NCBI GenBank assembly: GCA_036172245.1
Contig: JAYWIR010000012.1
Span: 4,340,001-4,404,000, forward strand
DNA from: Raillietiella orientalis
Lineage: Eukaryota
Direction of reading: 5' to 3'
DNA: 64,000 bases
Positions within the stretch are counted from its first letter, which is position 1, and each line of letters opens with the position of its first letter. The position numbers and the translations under genes were made by a program. Below, one piece after another: positions 62,021-64,000 of the stretch. The notes under the pieces are model-generated. The model saw nothing but the letters and a program-made list of their open reading frames with translations, was not told the DNA's origin and did no database searches.

Positions 62021-63047
62021 GGAAGCGCACGTTCTTGAAGCGAGCGGAAGAGGGGAGGGGAGGAAGCAGGAACACCAAAAGACCATGAACGAGCTCCGTG
62101 TGCTCGGTTCCCTTCGCTTCCCGTGTGATTTCCCCCCCCCCCTCTCTCTCTCTCTCTTTCGCGCGCGCTCACGATGTGCACTTACAGAAAGAGGAGGAAG
62201 GGAGGGAGGGAAACGTTAGCGGATTTCCTTTTTCTTTTTTTTTTTTTCGCGCTTCGCCCTGCACCGGCAGATCGCAAACGCGTGAAACTCCCGCATTGCG
62301 TACGAATTCCCATGTACTGTACGTAGCAGCGGTCCGCTCCCGCGGTAATTCGTCCGACCGGTACTTTTTCCCACGCTTGGCCAAGACGGGAAAAAAACGG
62401 CGTGCGCGTGTTCGTCCAGCTGGCTGCGCATGCGCGCACTGCGGTGCGATCCGTCGATACCGCCATCGGCAAGCAGGGAGAATCGCTTTCCTTCTCGAGT
62501 GAATCGCACAGATGTCACAGCTCAGATCAGGCCGCCGGCTGCTGCCGCCGCCGCCGACGTTCCCGGCGGTGCGCGCGCGCGCGCTCTGGATCACTTCCCG
62601 TGGGAGGAGGGGAGGAGGAAGAAACGTCGCCTCGCGTCCTTGCACGCCGGCTACAGGGCGGAAGGCTTTCCGGCTGGGAGCACGCACCGGAAAAGCTCGC
62701 GCGGAGCAACCACCGCGGCTGCAGCAACCCGCCGTTTGCTGCGTGCTCTTCTCTCGAGGCGAGCCGTCGGCCTCGTTTCGATCGCCGAAAAAGGAACGCT
62801 TCCCGAGACCACCCCGCCTTTCTCCGCTTTCCCGGTAAGACACCGAGGCCTCCCCTTCTACCCAGTCTCCCGGCGAGGAGATTGGAACGAGAGGTGCCCG
62901 TGCTGCTCCGTTTGGAAACCAGCGACCCCTTGGAAGTCATTGTGGAGGCAGGGGGGCTGCAGAGCGGGTGACCATCTGTTGCCGCTGCTGCTGAAGTCGG
63001 ATGACGGAACAGACACCCTCCTCCCATCGCCTCGCACGCGGATGGGA

Positions 63048-63083
63048 CTGCTGCTGCTGCTGCAGCAGCAGCGGCAGCAGCAG
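63048..63083. repeat. (CTG)5 directly followed by a (CAG)n tract
   Basis: ctgctgctgctgctg cagcagcag cgg cagcagcag; a separate (CAG)7 lies at ~16278-16298. Confidence 0.85.
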
Positions 63084-64000
63084 CGTGGAACCTGCCCTGC
63101 CAGTCCCTGCTGCGACGGCTGCCGCTGCCACCTCTTGAGGCGAAGAAGAGCTGCGGCAAACCGAACGGATGGGTGCTGCTGACAGCGGTCCGGCGCGCGT
63201 TTGCACTCGAGGCGGCGCCTGCCGATGACAGCATGCAGGGACGCGCTGCCGCAGACGCGCGCGCCTTCCCTGCCCGCCGTTCGCTCCAGCAGCGCGCCCG
63301 GCTGCCTCGAACTTGCAGCGGAAGAGCTGGCAGCGTGAACCGTATTGATCGGAGCGGCGGCCCCCAGTTTTTCGTTTCCTCCCGGGTTCGCAGGATGGTT
63401 CCCACTTGCTGGAAAAACATGGAGGGTGGGTGGGTGGAGGAACAGGAGAGAGGGTCCTCGGACGCGCGTGTCGTTCCTCCCCTCAGTCCTTTCGCCGCGG
63501 GCAGGAACGAAGCAAATGCTCGCTGTGACACAAGGAGGGGAAGGAGGGCGCCCGAGCGCAGGCAGAGGCTTGCGGGACGACTCGCCCCAATTTGCACCGA
63601 CGGGGGAGATGACACGCCTTCGGGAGCTTTTCGTATGCGAGGATTCCGCTTCCCTGGAGGGCGAGAGCGGAGGCGCGTCTACCGGACGCAGGTCGTCGCG
63701 CGCATCTTCGTCTTCGGCATCCGGGAGGTGTTCAGAGGGCGTGGCCGGCGGCTCCGAGCTCTCGGAGCTGGTTCCAGGAAGGTGGAAGAAGGAAGGGGCA
63801 AAACTGCGCCCCTTTGGCCTGTTCCCAGGATTTCCTTGCTTTCTTCCTTCCGGTCTCCCGTTTCCTGACCGCGCAAGGATCCCAAGGAACCAAATGCTTG
63901 GGGAGGGGAGGGATCAAAGAATGAAGGTGCGCGAGCTAGATCCCCCCTCTGAGTTGGAAGCGTGCCCGAGGAAGAGCAATGTCCAAGTGCTTTTTCCTCT

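Overview
Eukaryotic, intron-containing animal DNA. Introns of about 40-55 nt and a Nervy-type protein point to an invertebrate, possibly a nematode (inference only). An AT-rich island at about 23.6-35 kb holds three compact genes: KXD1 (-), ITPA (+) and NOP9 (+). A CBFA2T/ETO/Nervy co-repressor gene (-) spans at least 56163 to 34733. All four NHR domains can be read from its exons, and the MYND-finger exon lies 12.7 kb from the previous exon, tail-to-tail with NOP9. The GC-rich flanks (1-23.5 kb, 36-44 kb, 56-64 kb) contain many long but spurious ORFs and are largely decayed L1/Tx1-like non-LTR retrotransposon copies. Six of these 3' ends share a terminal AATAAA plus GC-hairpin motif. In two copies target-site duplications place the end just after the hairpin, with no poly(A) tail. 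The decayed DNA also carries several perfect hairpins/palindromes and inverted-repeat pairs with perfect cores. No prokaryote-type system (CRISPR, bacterial operon, rRNA/tRNA) was seen. All homology calls come from remembered motifs, not database searches.
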